Shown: piece after piece, positions 27,831 through 37,585 of the stretch
Layout: each line of letters begins with the position of its first letter
How positions within the stretch are numbered: the first letter of the stretch is position 1
Assembly (NCBI GenBank): GCA_965203515.1
Contig: OZ241907.1
Coordinates: 1-64,000, forward strand
DNA: 64,000 bases
Source of the DNA: Spirochaetia bacterium
Lineage (GTDB): Bacteria > Spirochaetota > Spirochaetia > SZUA-6 > Bin103
Direction of reading: 5' to 3'
The notes under the pieces: generated by a model
What the model was told of the DNA's origin: nothing
What the model saw: only the letters and a program-made list of their open reading frames with translations
Database searches by the model: none
Position numbers and translations under genes: made by a program

Positions 27831-28703
27831 TCAGCCCCGCCGCTGGGGGAGCAGGCTGCCGACGGTGATGTCGACCTGACTCAGCATGAGGCCGGCGTAC
27901 CGCTGCAGGCTGGTGGAGATGAGCTCCCGCAGGTCGTGCAATCCCGACCCGACCGCAACTCCCGACGGGACGTCGACGACCACCTGCAGCGCCCATGCGC
28001 CGGTCGACTTGCTGACGATCACGCGCGCCAGCCGCAGCCGCGGATCGTGCTCGTGGAGACAGTGGGCGACCATCTGCCTGAGCGCCGTCTGCGATACCGA
28101 CACGGCGCCGCGGCTCTCGCCCACCACTTCCGTCTTCTCGAATACCATTCCCTGCTTGCGCAGCACGCCGCGTTGCCAGAAGATCCGGATGGCGTCGATG
28201 GCCATGTGCGCGTAGTCCCGGCGCACCTCGACCGGCGGTACCGGTATGACGTGCCGGCCTTCCGATTCGCGGGCGGTGCGGGCGGCGTCGATCTCTTCGC
28301 GGCTGGCGATCTCCTCGATGTGCAGGTACCGGTGCGGCGCCGGCAGCCCCAGCCGGCGCGTGATGAGCTGCACCATCTTCGCCGAGGTGCCCAGCACCAG
28401 CACCCGGTGCGGGCGCATGGCGGCGATGCGGCGCCGCGCCCCTTGCGCGGAGCGCGGATCATGGAATACCGCCACCTTCACGGCGGCGAGCGCGTTGTTG
28501 GCGACCTTCGCCGACCGACCGCCCAGGATCTTCTGGTCGCAGATCAGCAGGCCGTCATCGATGATGAGATCCATGCCGTGGCGGGCGGCGATGAGCTGCG
28601 CCCGGAAGCTCTTGCCGGTGCCGCTGCGGCCGATCAGCGCCGTGACGCGCACGCCGCTCAGCCGCCACGTGAGGCGATGGATCAGGGTTCGCAACGACGT
28701 CAT
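27831..28703 (-). CDS. P-loop-like domain fused to Asp23/Gls24-like C-terminal domain
   Basis: ALIGRSGTGKSFRA, IIDDGLL, GRHVIPVP; C-terminal LQRYAGLMLSQVDITV. Confidence 0.75.
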   Translation of the reverse strand: MTSLRTLIHRLTWRLSGVRVTALIGRSGTGKSFRAQLIAARHGMDLIIDDGLLICDQKILGGRSAKVANNALAAVKVAVFHDPRSAQGARRRIAAMRPHRVLVLGTSAKMVQLITRRLGLPAPHRYLHIEEIASREEIDAARTARESEGRHVIPVPPVEVRRDYAHMAIDAIRIFWQRGVLRKQGMVFEKTEVVGESRGAVSVSQTALRQMVAHCLHEHDPRLRLARVIVSKSTGAWALQVVVDVPSGVAVGSGLHDLRELISTSLQRYAGLMLSQVDITVGSLLPQRRG

Positions 28704-29658
28704 CGAGGTACCGGGCGCGCAACGGAGCTGCGGCTCGCCTCCAGTCGGCCGAGTGCCGGGCGAGCCGCTCGAGCTCGGGCGGCGCCTCCATCCACGGTGC
28801 ACCAGCGAAGCGCGTAAGGGAAGGGTCGGTCGAGCACAGCAACCAGGCGTGCAGGAACGGCGGTTGCCGCCGCAGCGAGCCGTAGCGCCGGTCGCCGGCC
28901 AACGGCATGCCGGCCGCCGCGCACAGCGCCCGGACCTGGTGGCGGCGGCCGGTGCGCGTGGCCACCGCCGCCAGGGTCAGGCCGGCGGCAGCGCCGATCG
29001 GCCGGAAATCCGCGAACAGCGGGCCGGCGTCATCGTCGATCACCGCCCGGCGGCGCGCCGGGTCGTAGCGCAGGCGCGCCGCCAGCCGCCGCGGCCGATG
29101 CGCCGCCCGCTCCACCAGCGCCAGATAGACCTTGGCGGCCCGGCGTTCGCGCAGCAGGGCGGTCAGCTCCCGCGCGGCGTCGATCGTCCTGGCGTAGATC
29201 AACAAGCCCGAGCAGATGCGGTCCAACCGGTGCACGGCGGCCGGCCGGAACGACAACGACTCCGGGCCGCTGTCCGCCAGCATCGGTTCGAGGAGGTGGT
29301 TGAGCGGCAACGGCCGCTCGGTGGCCGGCCCGGTCATCGACACGCCGGCCGGCTTGCTGGTCACGAACAGGTGTTCGTTGTCCAGGACCGCCGGCAGCGA
29401 CATCGTCGACGGCGGTGCGGCCCGGGCCTTTCGGCCGGCCGGCCCGGGCGCCAGCGACGCCGGCAGGCCGATCCGGTCGCCGGCCGCGACACGGGCGTCC
29501 GGCGCCGTCCGGGCGCCGTTGACGCGCACCGCGCCGGTGCGCAACAGGCGGTACAACAGGCTCAGCGGCGCGGCCGGCAGCATCCTGCGCACCACGCGAT
29601 CGACGCGCCGCCCGTGGTCGTCGCGCTGCGCCTCGAAGTCGCCGCCAAGCGTCGTCAT
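28555..29658 (-). CDS. RluA-family pseudouridine synthase with S4 domain
   Basis: GRRVDR..VRVNG, SKPAG, AVHRLDRICSG, TGRRHQVR, GDRRYG, LHAW. Confidence 0.92.
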   Translation of the reverse strand: MTTLGGDFEAQRDDHGRRVDRVVRRMLPAAPLSLLYRLLRTGAVRVNGARTAPDARVAAGDRIGLPASLAPGPAGRKARAAPPSTMSLPAVLDNEHLFVTSKPAGVSMTGPATERPLPLNHLLEPMLADSGPESLSFRPAAVHRLDRICSGLLIYARTIDAARELTALLRERRAAKVYLALVERAAHRPRRLAARLRYDPARRRAVIDDDAGPLFADFRPIGAAAGLTLAAVATRTGRRHQVRALCAAAGMPLAGDRRYGSLRRQPPFLHAWLLCSTDPSLTRFAGAPWMEAPPELERLARHSADWRRAAAPLRARYLDDVVANPDPSPHVAAERRARHGADRPQRHRQELPGAAHRRPPRHGSHHR

Positions 29659-29754
29659 CGTCGTGTCGTCGCGGCGTCCGCCGCTGCCGGCTTGAATCGT
29701 AGCACGATAAGCGGGAGCAGTGTGTTAGCATGGCGGCAGAGGTAGGGTATGCAC

Positions 29755-30856
29755 ATGATGCTTTCCGACTTGCGGCAACGGCTTGCGGCGCTCTGCGCCG
29801 ACATCGACGCCGCCTGGAGGCGTCTTTGACCCGGAACGGTCCGAACGGCGTCTTGCCGAGCTGGAGGAGCTGACCGCGGCGCCGGAGCTGTGGAACGACC
29901 GCGCCGCGGCGGAGACGACGCTGGCGGAGTTGAAACGGATCAAAGGCCGGATCGAGCCGTGGAAGAAGCTGCGCAGCGAAGCCGGCGAGCTCGACGCCCT
30001 GGGTGAGCTTGCGGAGGAGGAAGACTCCGAGGAGTTGTCCGGCGAGATCGAGGCCGGTCTGGTAAAGCTGGAGGGCCGCTTCGGCGCGCTCAACCTGCAG
30101 TCGCTGCTCGGCGGCCCGCACGACCGCGCCGGCTGCTTCCTGACGATCCACGCCGGCGCCGGCGGCACCGAGGCGTGCGACTGGGTATCGATGCTGCTGC
30201 GCATGTACCTGCGTTGGGCCGAGGAGCGCTCCATCGGCACCGAGGTCATCGACTTGACCGAGTCCGAAGGGGGACTGAAGTCGACCACCGTGCAGGTCTC
30301 GGGGGAGTACTCGTACGGCTACCTGCGCGCCGAGACCGGCATCCATCGTCTGGTACGCATCTCGCCGTTCGACGCCAACAAGCGCCGGCATACCACCTTC
30401 GCGTCGGTGTTCGCCTCACCGGTGCTGGACGATACCGCCGACGTGGAGGTGCGCCCGGAAGAGATCCGGGTCGACACCTACCGCGCGTCCGGCGCCGGCG
30501 GCCAGCACGTCAACAAGACCGATTCGGCGGTGCGCATCACGCATCTGCCGACCGGCATCGTCGTGCAGTGCCAGAACGAGCGCAGCCAGCACAAGAACCG
30601 GGCCACCGCCCTCAAGGTGCTCCGTTCGCGCCTGTTCGAACACCATGAGGCCGAGCGCCGCAGCAAGCTGGAGGCGATCGAGAGCGACAAGAAGGAGATC
30701 GCCTGGGGCAACCAGATCCGTTCCTACGTCTTCCACCCGTACACGATGGTCAAGGACCACCGCACGCGGCACGAGAACGGCAACGTGCAGGCGGTGATGG
30801 ACGGGCGTATCGACCCGTTCATCGAATCGTACCTGCGCATGGCCGCCAGCGCCTGA
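29755..30856 (+). CDS. prfB: Peptide chain release factor 2, programmed +1 frameshift at CTT-TGA-C (29824-29830)
   Basis: First frame MMLSDLRQRL..AWRRL-stop; second frame DPERSE..GAGGTEACDW, SPF, GAGGQHVN, WGNQIRSY. Confidence 0.98.
29816..29830 (+). promoter_or_regulatory. prfB frameshift cassette GGAGG-CGT-CTT-TGA-C
   Basis: Canonical internal SD, slippery CUU and weak UGAC stop. Confidence 0.95.
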
Positions 30857-30865
30857 GAGGTCACC

Positions 30866-32044
30866 GTGAGGCGCCGGGCATGGCTGGCGCTGCTGGCGGC
30901 GGCCTGCTGGTCGGCCGCCCTGTCGGCGTCGGCCGACGAGTCGGGCGCCGAGGCGGGCGACGGCTCGCCGCCGGACCCGTTGCGGGTCGGCTTCAGCCCG
31001 TTGGTGGCGCGCGACTTGGCTGCCGGGAACCGCTATCTGGCCGACGCGCTGCCGCGCCTGTTGCGCGAGCGTCTCGCGGAGATCGACCGGGTGGAGACGG
31101 TGGCGGCGGACGCGCCGGTCGGCGTCCTGCCGCGGCGGATCGCCGCCGCGGCAGACCTCGACCTCCTGGTCTGGGGGCGGATCGAGACGGTGTCCGATCA
31201 CCTGATGCTGGAATGGTACGCCTTCGACGCGGCGCAGGCGCGCCGCGTGTGGTCGTACTACGAGTCGGGGGAGGCGGACGTGCTGCCGGCCGCGGTCGAG
31301 CCGGCCGCCGATCGGCTGGCGCCCCTGCTGTTGGGGCAGCCGTGGTCGCGGCTGGCGGTCGACCCGGTCCCGGAGGACAGCGCCGTCCGGCTCGACGGGG
31401 CGCTGATCGGCATCGGCGCGACGCTGCTGCGCTATACCGCCCCGCGGCGCGCCGAGCTGACCGTGACCCGCCCCGGCTACCAGGACGAAGTCCTGCAGGT
31501 GGAGTTGGCGCCGGGTCGGGAGCTGCGCGTCGCCGTGGAGTTGGTGCGGCGCGACCTCGGTACCGTGCTCGTCGATTCGCGGCCCGGCGGCGCCGCCGTC
31601 TACGCGGCGTCCGAGTATGTCGGCGATACCCCGGTGCGGTTGCCGCGGCCGCCGGCCGATACCCCGCTGGCGCTGGTGCTGGACGGCTACGCGGACGCCG
31701 CCGCGCGCCTGGGGCCGGGCACGCCGGCAACGCTTACGGTCGCCCTGCAGCCGGCCGGCTTCGATGCCGCCGCGGCGCAGGCCGGCGGCCGCGATCGGTT
31801 CTATGAGGAGTTGGGCTGGTTCGCCATGTCGCTCCTGCCGCCCCTGGTGCTCAGCGCGCTGGTCGCCGACTCTGCCGCGCGCGACGTCGCGCAGCAGCAG
31901 ACGGCCGAGCCGTCCTGGCAGCCGGCGACGATCGGGTTCACCATCGGCACGGTGGCGGCGGTGGGCTACTCCGTCTACCGGCTCGTGCGTACCATTGGCG
32001 TGATGATCGACTACACGGAGACGGCCGAGCGGCCGGCCGGCTGA
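30866..32044 (+). CDS. Exported/membrane protein with two PEGA domains and C-terminal TM segments
   Basis: Signal peptide; VDPVPEDSAVRLDG..RPGY and VDSRPGGAAVY..YVGDTPV..LDGY. Confidence 0.8.
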   Translation: MRRRAWLALLAAACWSAALSASADESGAEAGDGSPPDPLRVGFSPLVARDLAAGNRYLADALPRLLRERLAEIDRVETVAADAPVGVLPRRIAAAADLDLLVWGRIETVSDHLMLEWYAFDAAQARRVWSYYESGEADVLPAAVEPAADRLAPLLLGQPWSRLAVDPVPEDSAVRLDGALIGIGATLLRYTAPRRAELTVTRPGYQDEVLQVELAPGRELRVAVELVRRDLGTVLVDSRPGGAAVYAASEYVGDTPVRLPRPPADTPLALVLDGYADAAARLGPGTPATLTVALQPAGFDAAAAQAGGRDRFYEELGWFAMSLLPPLVLSALVADSAARDVAQQQTAEPSWQPATIGFTIGTVAAVGYSVYRLVRTIGVMIDYTETAERPAG

Positions 32045-32883
32045 TGTTCGGCCTGGGAAAGCGGCTCCGCGAGCTGTTCGGCTCGCAGCCGGAACGTCTG
32101 GACCTCATCGAGGATACGCTGCTGGAAGCCGACATCGGCCCGCGCACGGTGGAGGAGCTGCTCGACGGGCTGAACAGCCGGTCGGGCCGCGGCGATCGGG
32201 CGATCGCGGCGATCCGCGGGCGCGTACTGGAGCGCCTGCGCGCGGCGGCCTTCGAGCTCGAGCCCCGCGCGTTGTCGGTCGTGATGGCCGTCGGCGTCAA
32301 CGGCGTCGGCAAGACCACGAACCTGGCCAAGCTGGGAGCGCTGCTCAAGCGGCGCGGGCGGCGCGTGCTGTTCGCTGCCGCCGACACGTTCCGGGCCGCC
32401 GCGGTAGAGCAGATCGGCGCGCACGGCCGGCGCCTGGATATCCCGGTAGTCGCGCAGGCGCAGGGGGCCGACGCCGGCGCCGTGTTGTTCGACGCGATCG
32501 ACAGCGCCGTCGCGCGCTCGGTCGACGTGGTGCTGGCCGACACCTCCGGGCGCATGCACACCAACGCCGGGCTCGACGCCGAGCTGCGCAAGCTGGTGCG
32601 CATCGCCGAGCGCCGTCAGGTAGCGCTGCACCGACTGTTGGTGGTCGACGCCACCACCGGCCGCAACGCCTTCGATCAGGCGCGCACCTTTCGCGACGGC
32701 GCCGGCGTCGACTCGATCCTGCTGGCCAAGCTCGACGCCACCGCCAAGGGAGGGGTGGTGCTGGACATCTGTCACGAGCTCGACCTGGGCATATCATTCG
32801 TGGGCACCGGCGAGCGGATGGAGGACCTGACCCGCTTCGATCCGGAGACCTACGCCGCGGCGCTGCTCGACAGCGGCGCATGA
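32044..32883 (+). CDS. ftsY: Signal recognition particle receptor FtsY (NG domain only)
   Basis: GVNGVGKTT, DTFRAAA, DTSGR, KLDATAKGG, GTGE..DL..FD. Confidence 0.97.
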   Translation: MFGLGKRLRELFGSQPERLDLIEDTLLEADIGPRTVEELLDGLNSRSGRGDRAIAAIRGRVLERLRAAAFELEPRALSVVMAVGVNGVGKTTNLAKLGALLKRRGRRVLFAAADTFRAAAVEQIGAHGRRLDIPVVAQAQGADAGAVLFDAIDSAVARSVDVVLADTSGRMHTNAGLDAELRKLVRIAERRQVALHRLLVVDATTGRNAFDQARTFRDGAGVDSILLAKLDATAKGGVVLDICHELDLGISFVGTGERMEDLTRFDPETYAAALLDSGA

Positions 32884-34097
32884 GACCGGTCCGCCCGCCG
32901 CTTGCGCCGGCGCCGGCGGCGCTGGCCGTCGCGGTGCTGGGCACGGCGGTGCTGGGCGCGGCGGTCTTCGGCGCTGCGGCGCAGAGCGCCGGCGACGCGG
33001 CCGTCCATTATCGCTCGAACGAGATCGGCATCCCGTTCGAGCGCATCGCGCCGGCGCAGGCCGGCGATCATCGGTTCGTCCTGGTCGACCGCCCCGCCGT
33101 CGTGCAGGGCGAGGTCACCGAAGACGAGCGCCTGTTGCTGGAAGAAGGCCGGCAGGTCCGGCGCTGGGTGAAGCGGCGCGGCGCCGGCGGCGGCCTGGTC
33201 GCGGAATACGATTACGCCGGCGGGCGCCTGACCGCCGAGCGCAGCTTCGACGCCGAGGCGCGGCTCACCGCCGCGGCCGACTACGAGGCCGGGGAGCTGG
33301 TGAGCCGCACCGTCTATACGTACGAGCCCCGCGTCGTGCGGGTGGAATCGACCGGCGCCGATGGATCGATGCGGTTTCGCGCTACGTACCAGCTGGCCGC
33401 CACCGGTCAGGTGCGCGACTTCGTCAGCATCGCTCCGGGCCAGGATCGGCTCGGCGCCCGTTTCGTGTTCGGCGGCGGGGCGCTGGTCGAGGAGGTCGTC
33501 ACCGCCGGCGCGACGCGGCTGGTGTCGCGCTACCTGGCCGGCGAGCGCTATCAGGTCGAGGAGTGGCGCGGCGGCGTCCTGCACAGCGTCCGCGATCTGG
33601 AACACTCCTCCGACGGTCTGCTGGTGGCCGAGACACGGACCGAGCCGGCGACCGACCGGAGCACCGTCACGCGCTTCGACGCCGCAGGCCGCGTGCTCGA
33701 GGCGCTCACCACGGAGCGCGGCGCGCGGGTCGAGATGGTCCGGCACCGCCGCGACGCCGCCGGCCGGATCGTCACCACGCAGCGCGAGACCGACGCCGGC
33801 GACGAACGGTGGGACTTCGAGTACGCGGTCGACGCGCAGGCGGCGGCCGCGGCGGACGATCCGGACGGCCGGCTGCGCGCCGCGCGCAACCGGCAGAACG
33901 GCGCGCTGGTGTCGGTCACCACCTACCAGGTGGCCGACGGCGATCCGTCGGCGCGGCAGGTCGATTACTACCGCAACGGAGTGCCCTATCGTCGCCTGTT
34001 CTTCCGCGGCGACGAGCGGGTGCGCGAGCAGGTCCTCCGGGATGGCGCGGTGATCCGCGAGCGCGTATTCGATGCCGGCGACGGCGCCGAGGGCTGA
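32880..34097 (+). CDS. Exported hypothetical protein made of YD/MORN-like beta-hairpin repeats
   Basis: Signal peptide; recurring units YDYAGGRL, FDAEARL, FDAAGRV, RDAAGRI. Confidence 0.7.
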   Translation: MRPVRPPLAPAPAALAVAVLGTAVLGAAVFGAAAQSAGDAAVHYRSNEIGIPFERIAPAQAGDHRFVLVDRPAVVQGEVTEDERLLLEEGRQVRRWVKRRGAGGGLVAEYDYAGGRLTAERSFDAEARLTAAADYEAGELVSRTVYTYEPRVVRVESTGADGSMRFRATYQLAATGQVRDFVSIAPGQDRLGARFVFGGGALVEEVVTAGATRLVSRYLAGERYQVEEWRGGVLHSVRDLEHSSDGLLVAETRTEPATDRSTVTRFDAAGRVLEALTTERGARVEMVRHRRDAAGRIVTTQRETDAGDERWDFEYAVDAQAAAAADDPDGRLRAARNRQNGALVSVTTYQVADGDPSARQVDYYRNGVPYRRLFFRGDERVREQVLRDGAVIRERVFDAGDGAEG

Positions 34098-35448
34098 GCC
34101 GGCGCGGTCCGCCGCCGGCGACGCGCGGCTGGCGCTGGCGCTGGTCGCCGCCCATCTGCGCGGGCGTCGCGGGCGCGGCAGCGGCCGCGCGTCGCTGGCG
34201 CTGGCGGTGGCCGGTATGGCGGCCGGCGTGATGATGCTGACCAGCGTGCTCGGCATCATGAACGGGCTGCAGCTCGGCTATATCGAAGACTTGGTGGAGA
34301 TCGGTTCGTTCCACCTGCGGATCAGCCGCGACGGCGATCGGGCGGTCTCCCCCGGCGTCGTGGCGGAGATCGACCGGCATCCGTCGGTGCGCACGGTCAC
34401 GCCGCTGGCCGACATGGTGACGATGGTCGGCCGTCCGGCATCCGCCGCGCGGCACGTGATGACCCTGCGCGCGGTGCCGGCCGACATCGCCGTTCGCGAC
34501 CCGTCGTTCGCGGGGCAGCTCGGCCTGGGGGCGGCGCCGCTTTCGCGCGGGACCGTGACGCTGGGCATCGCCGCCGCGGTCCTGCTCGGCGTCGGCGTCG
34601 GGGATACGGTCGCCGTCAACCTGATCGACGCCGCGGCGGCCGGCCGGCCGGTGGCGCGCACCGCGCGGCTGATCGTCGCCGGCACGTTCGAGAGCGGCTT
34701 TGCCGACTTCGACCGGCACTGGGCGCTCGTGTCGCTTCAGACCGCCCAGACCATGACCGGCGGAGCGCTGCCGCTGGAGTACGGCGTCAAGCTGACCGAC
34801 CGGTTTCGAGATCGGATGGCGCGTGCGGCGGTGGAGGCGATCCTTGCCGGCGGGCATCCGCACGGGGACTACCGCGTGCGCAGTTGGCGCGAGTTCAATC
34901 AGGCGTTCTACGGCGCGCTGCGCACCGAGAAGCTGCTGATGTCGACGCTCATCGCGCTGGTGTTCGTGGTGGTCGGCTTCAACGTCTTTCACGGCATGCG
35001 GCGCCGCATCCAGGAGCGCCGCCAGGAGATCGGCGTGCTGCGCGCCCTGGGAGCGACCCCGACGATGCTGCGGCTGGCCTACGCGGTGGAGGCTACCGCC
35101 GCCGGCGCGGCCGGCGCGGTCTGCGGCTTGGCGGTGGGCCTGGCGATCGCCGACAACCTGACCGCGTTGCTGCGGCTCACCGAGTCGGTGACGAATGCGC
35201 TGCTGGACGCGGCACGGCCGTTCGCGGCGCAGCCGTTCGCGGCCCGGCCGTTCGCGTCGCCGGCGCGGCAGCCGTTCCGGCCGCCATCGATGTTCCAGCT
35301 CGCCGAGATACCCAACCGGGTGCTGCTGCACGAGGCGGTGATCACCTGCGCGGTCGCCATCGGCGCCGGGCTGATCGCTGCGCTGGCGGCGGGTCGCTGG
35401 CTGCGCGTCATCACGCCGGAGCGCATCATGCGCGAGGCGCGGGAATGA
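34072..35448 (+). CDS. lolC: LolC/E-family lipoprotein-releasing ABC permease
   Basis: SVLGIMNG, W.EFN..FYGALRTEK, ERRQEIGVLRALGA; next to lolD. Confidence 0.85.
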   Translation: MPATAPRAEPARSAAGDARLALALVAAHLRGRRGRGSGRASLALAVAGMAAGVMMLTSVLGIMNGLQLGYIEDLVEIGSFHLRISRDGDRAVSPGVVAEIDRHPSVRTVTPLADMVTMVGRPASAARHVMTLRAVPADIAVRDPSFAGQLGLGAAPLSRGTVTLGIAAAVLLGVGVGDTVAVNLIDAAAAGRPVARTARLIVAGTFESGFADFDRHWALVSLQTAQTMTGGALPLEYGVKLTDRFRDRMARAAVEAILAGGHPHGDYRVRSWREFNQAFYGALRTEKLLMSTLIALVFVVVGFNVFHGMRRRIQERRQEIGVLRALGATPTMLRLAYAVEATAAGAAGAVCGLAVGLAIADNLTALLRLTESVTNALLDAARPFAAQPFAARPFASPARQPFRPPSMFQLAEIPNRVLLHEAVITCAVAIGAGLIAALAAGRWLRVITPERIMREARE

Positions 35449-35464
35449 GCGGAGGGAGCGAGGA

Positions 35465-36160
35465 ATGAGCGAATCGGTGCTGTCGATGCGCGCGGTCACC
35501 AAGCGGTACGGCCTTCGCACCGGCGCCGGGATGGTGCTGCGCGGCATCGACCTGGAACTCGCCCGCGGCGCCTCGGTGGCGGTCACCGGCGTCAGCGGCT
35601 CGGGCAAGAGCACCCTGCTCAACCTGGCCGGCGGCCTGGACCGCGTCACCTCCGGCACGGTTCGGCTCGACGGCGTCGACCTCACCGCGCTCGATGAGGT
35701 CGAGCTGGCGCTGCAGCGGCGCAAGCTGGGCCTGATCTTTCAGTTCCATCACCTGCTGCGCGACTTCACGGTGCTGGACAACGTGCTGATGCCGGCCCGT
35801 CTGCAGAACCGGCCGCGGGCGGCGGCCGCCGCCGCCGCCCACGAGACGCTCGACCGCGTCGGGCTGAACGGCGCCTGCCACCGGTATCCGGCCGAGCTGT
35901 CCGGCGGCGAGCAACAGCGCGTGGCGGTGGCGCGGGCGCTCGCCGCGCAGCCGGCGCTGATCCTTGCCGACGAGCCGACCGGCAACCTCGACCGGGCCGC
36001 GTCGCACGCGGTCGCCGACCTGCTGTTCGGCCTGGTCGCCGAGCGCGGCGCTGCCTGCCTGCTGGTGACCCACGACGCGGAGCTGGCCGCGCGGGCGGAG
36101 CGCGTGCTGACGCTCCGGGACGGCGCGCTGATCGTCGGGGCCGGGGGCGGCGCCGGATGA
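35465..36160 (+). CDS. lolD: Lipoprotein-releasing ABC ATP-binding protein
   Basis: GVSGSGKST, GLIFQFHHLL, LSGGEQQRVAVAR, ADEPTGNLD, VTHD. Confidence 0.9.
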   Translation: MSESVLSMRAVTKRYGLRTGAGMVLRGIDLELARGASVAVTGVSGSGKSTLLNLAGGLDRVTSGTVRLDGVDLTALDEVELALQRRKLGLIFQFHHLLRDFTVLDNVLMPARLQNRPRAAAAAAAHETLDRVGLNGACHRYPAELSGGEQQRVAVARALAAQPALILADEPTGNLDRAASHAVADLLFGLVAERGAACLLVTHDAELAARAERVLTLRDGALIVGAGGGAG

Positions 36161-37434
36161 GGCCGCCGGCCGGGCCGAGGCTGCCGGCCGGGCCGAGGTT
36201 GCCGGCCGGGCCGTGGCTGGGCTTGACCATGGCCGGACGCGGCCACGTTCGCGGCGGCCCTGCGCTGGCCGGCACGGCCCTTGGCATCGCCTTGAGCCTG
36301 GTGCCGGTGATCGTGGTGCTGGTGGTGGCGGACGGCATGATCGAGGGGATCACCGGGCGCTTCCTGGAGGTCGACACCTACCATGCCCGTATCGTCCTGG
36401 ACGGCCGCGAGCGGGACGTCGACGCGCTGCTGGCGGCGGTGCGCGCCGCGCCCGGCGTGTCGCTGGCCGAAGCGGAACTGCGCAGCCCGGCCCTGCTGTT
36501 CAACGCCGGACGGCGCGCCGGCGTGCAGGTGCGGTTCGTGCGTCCCGGCCTCCTGGAGCGCGACCCGGGCCTGCGGGGCTATCTCAGCGTGGACGGAGCG
36601 TTCGATCTGAGAGCGGATGACCGCGTCGTGATCGGGCGGGAGCTGGCGGACGCCCTGGGCGTGGCGGTCGGCGACTCGGTGGGGCTGTGGGTGCAGGGCG
36701 GACGCTTCGCCGTGGCCCGCGTCGCCGGCCTGTACCGGTCCGGCTATCAGCAGCTCGACGCCGCGTACGCGTTCATGGCCGCGCCGGCGGCGGTGCGGAT
36801 GGGCGCGGTCGGCATCCGGTTCGTGGGCGTGAAGGCGCAGGATCCGTTCGGCGGGTTGGACGCGCTGTTGGCCGACCTGGAAGCGTTGGCGCCGGCCGGT
36901 GCGCGGACGATCGGCTGGTACGACCTGCAATGGACGGCGTATCGCTCGTTTCGCGCCACCAAGACATGGCTGACCCTGATCATGGCGGTGATCGCGTTGG
37001 TGGCGGCGGTCAACGTCGCGTCCGCTCTGCGCATGCTGCTGCTGGAACGGAGCGCGGAGATGGCCTACCTGCGCGCCATGGGCGGATCGGGCGATCAGGT
37101 CGGCGTGGCGTTCCTGACCGCCGGCCTGATCAGCGGCGCCGCCGGCAGCGTAGCCGGGGTGGCGCTGGGTCTGGCCGCGGCGGTCAACGTCAACGAGCTG
37201 CTGGCGGCGCTGGAGTGGGTGGTGAACGCGGTAGGGCTGGTCCTGTCCGGCGCCGATGAGCCGGTGCGGTTGCTCGACCGCTCCTTCTATCTGGAGGAGA
37301 TTCCGGTGCGCGCCGATCTCGGCCAGCTCGTCGCCACCGCGGCGGCCGCCACCGCGGCGGCCGCGGTGGCGGCGTTGCTCCCCGCCCGGCAGGCGGCGAG
37401 CCTCCGGCCGATGGAGGCGTTGCGGCAACGGTAA
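36157..37434 (+). CDS. lolE: LolC/E-family lipoprotein-releasing ABC permease
   Basis: VADGMIEGIT, GLYRSGY..LD, ERSAEMAYLRAMG, FYLEEIPV, PARQAASLRPMEALR. Confidence 0.85.
   Translation: MRPPAGPRLPAGPRLPAGPWLGLTMAGRGHVRGGPALAGTALGIALSLVPVIVVLVVADGMIEGITGRFLEVDTYHARIVLDGRERDVDALLAAVRAAPGVSLAEAELRSPALLFNAGRRAGVQVRFVRPGLLERDPGLRGYLSVDGAFDLRADDRVVIGRELADALGVAVGDSVGLWVQGGRFAVARVAGLYRSGYQQLDAAYAFMAAPAAVRMGAVGIRFVGVKAQDPFGGLDALLADLEALAPAGARTIGWYDLQWTAYRSFRATKTWLTLIMAVIALVAAVNVASALRMLLLERSAEMAYLRAMGGSGDQVGVAFLTAGLISGAAGSVAGVALGLAAAVNVNELLAALEWVVNAVGLVLSGADEPVRLLDRSFYLEEIPVRADLGQLVATAAAATAAAAVAALLPARQAASLRPMEALRQR
36159..36212 (+). repeat. 3 x 18-bp tandem repeat GAGGYYGCCGGCCGGGCC
   Basis: Seen directly; encodes (RLPAGP)n. 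Confidence 0.85.
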
Positions 37435-37490
37435 GCGCTCCGACCGCGGCAGCGCCGACGACGGCCTGATTCGCCGCCGGTTCGGATGAT

Positions 37491-37519
37491 TTGATCGGCC
37501 CGCCGTCGTCTGCGATACT
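37491..37519 (+). promoter_or_regulatory. Putative clpC promoter TTGATC-N17-GATACT
   Basis: Sequence match; GGAGG SD downstream before ATG 37586. Confidence 0.4.
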
Positions 37520-37585
37520 TCGTACAGGCGCCGCATCGCGACCGATGCGGCAGCTCCCCGGCAAGGTGAATCATGGAGGCAGGAC

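Noticed and set aside
32880..34097. RHS/YD polymorphic toxin
   Set aside because: Only 405 aa, has a Sec signal, no RHS core end motif (DPxG), toxin domain or immunity gene; embedded in a housekeeping operon
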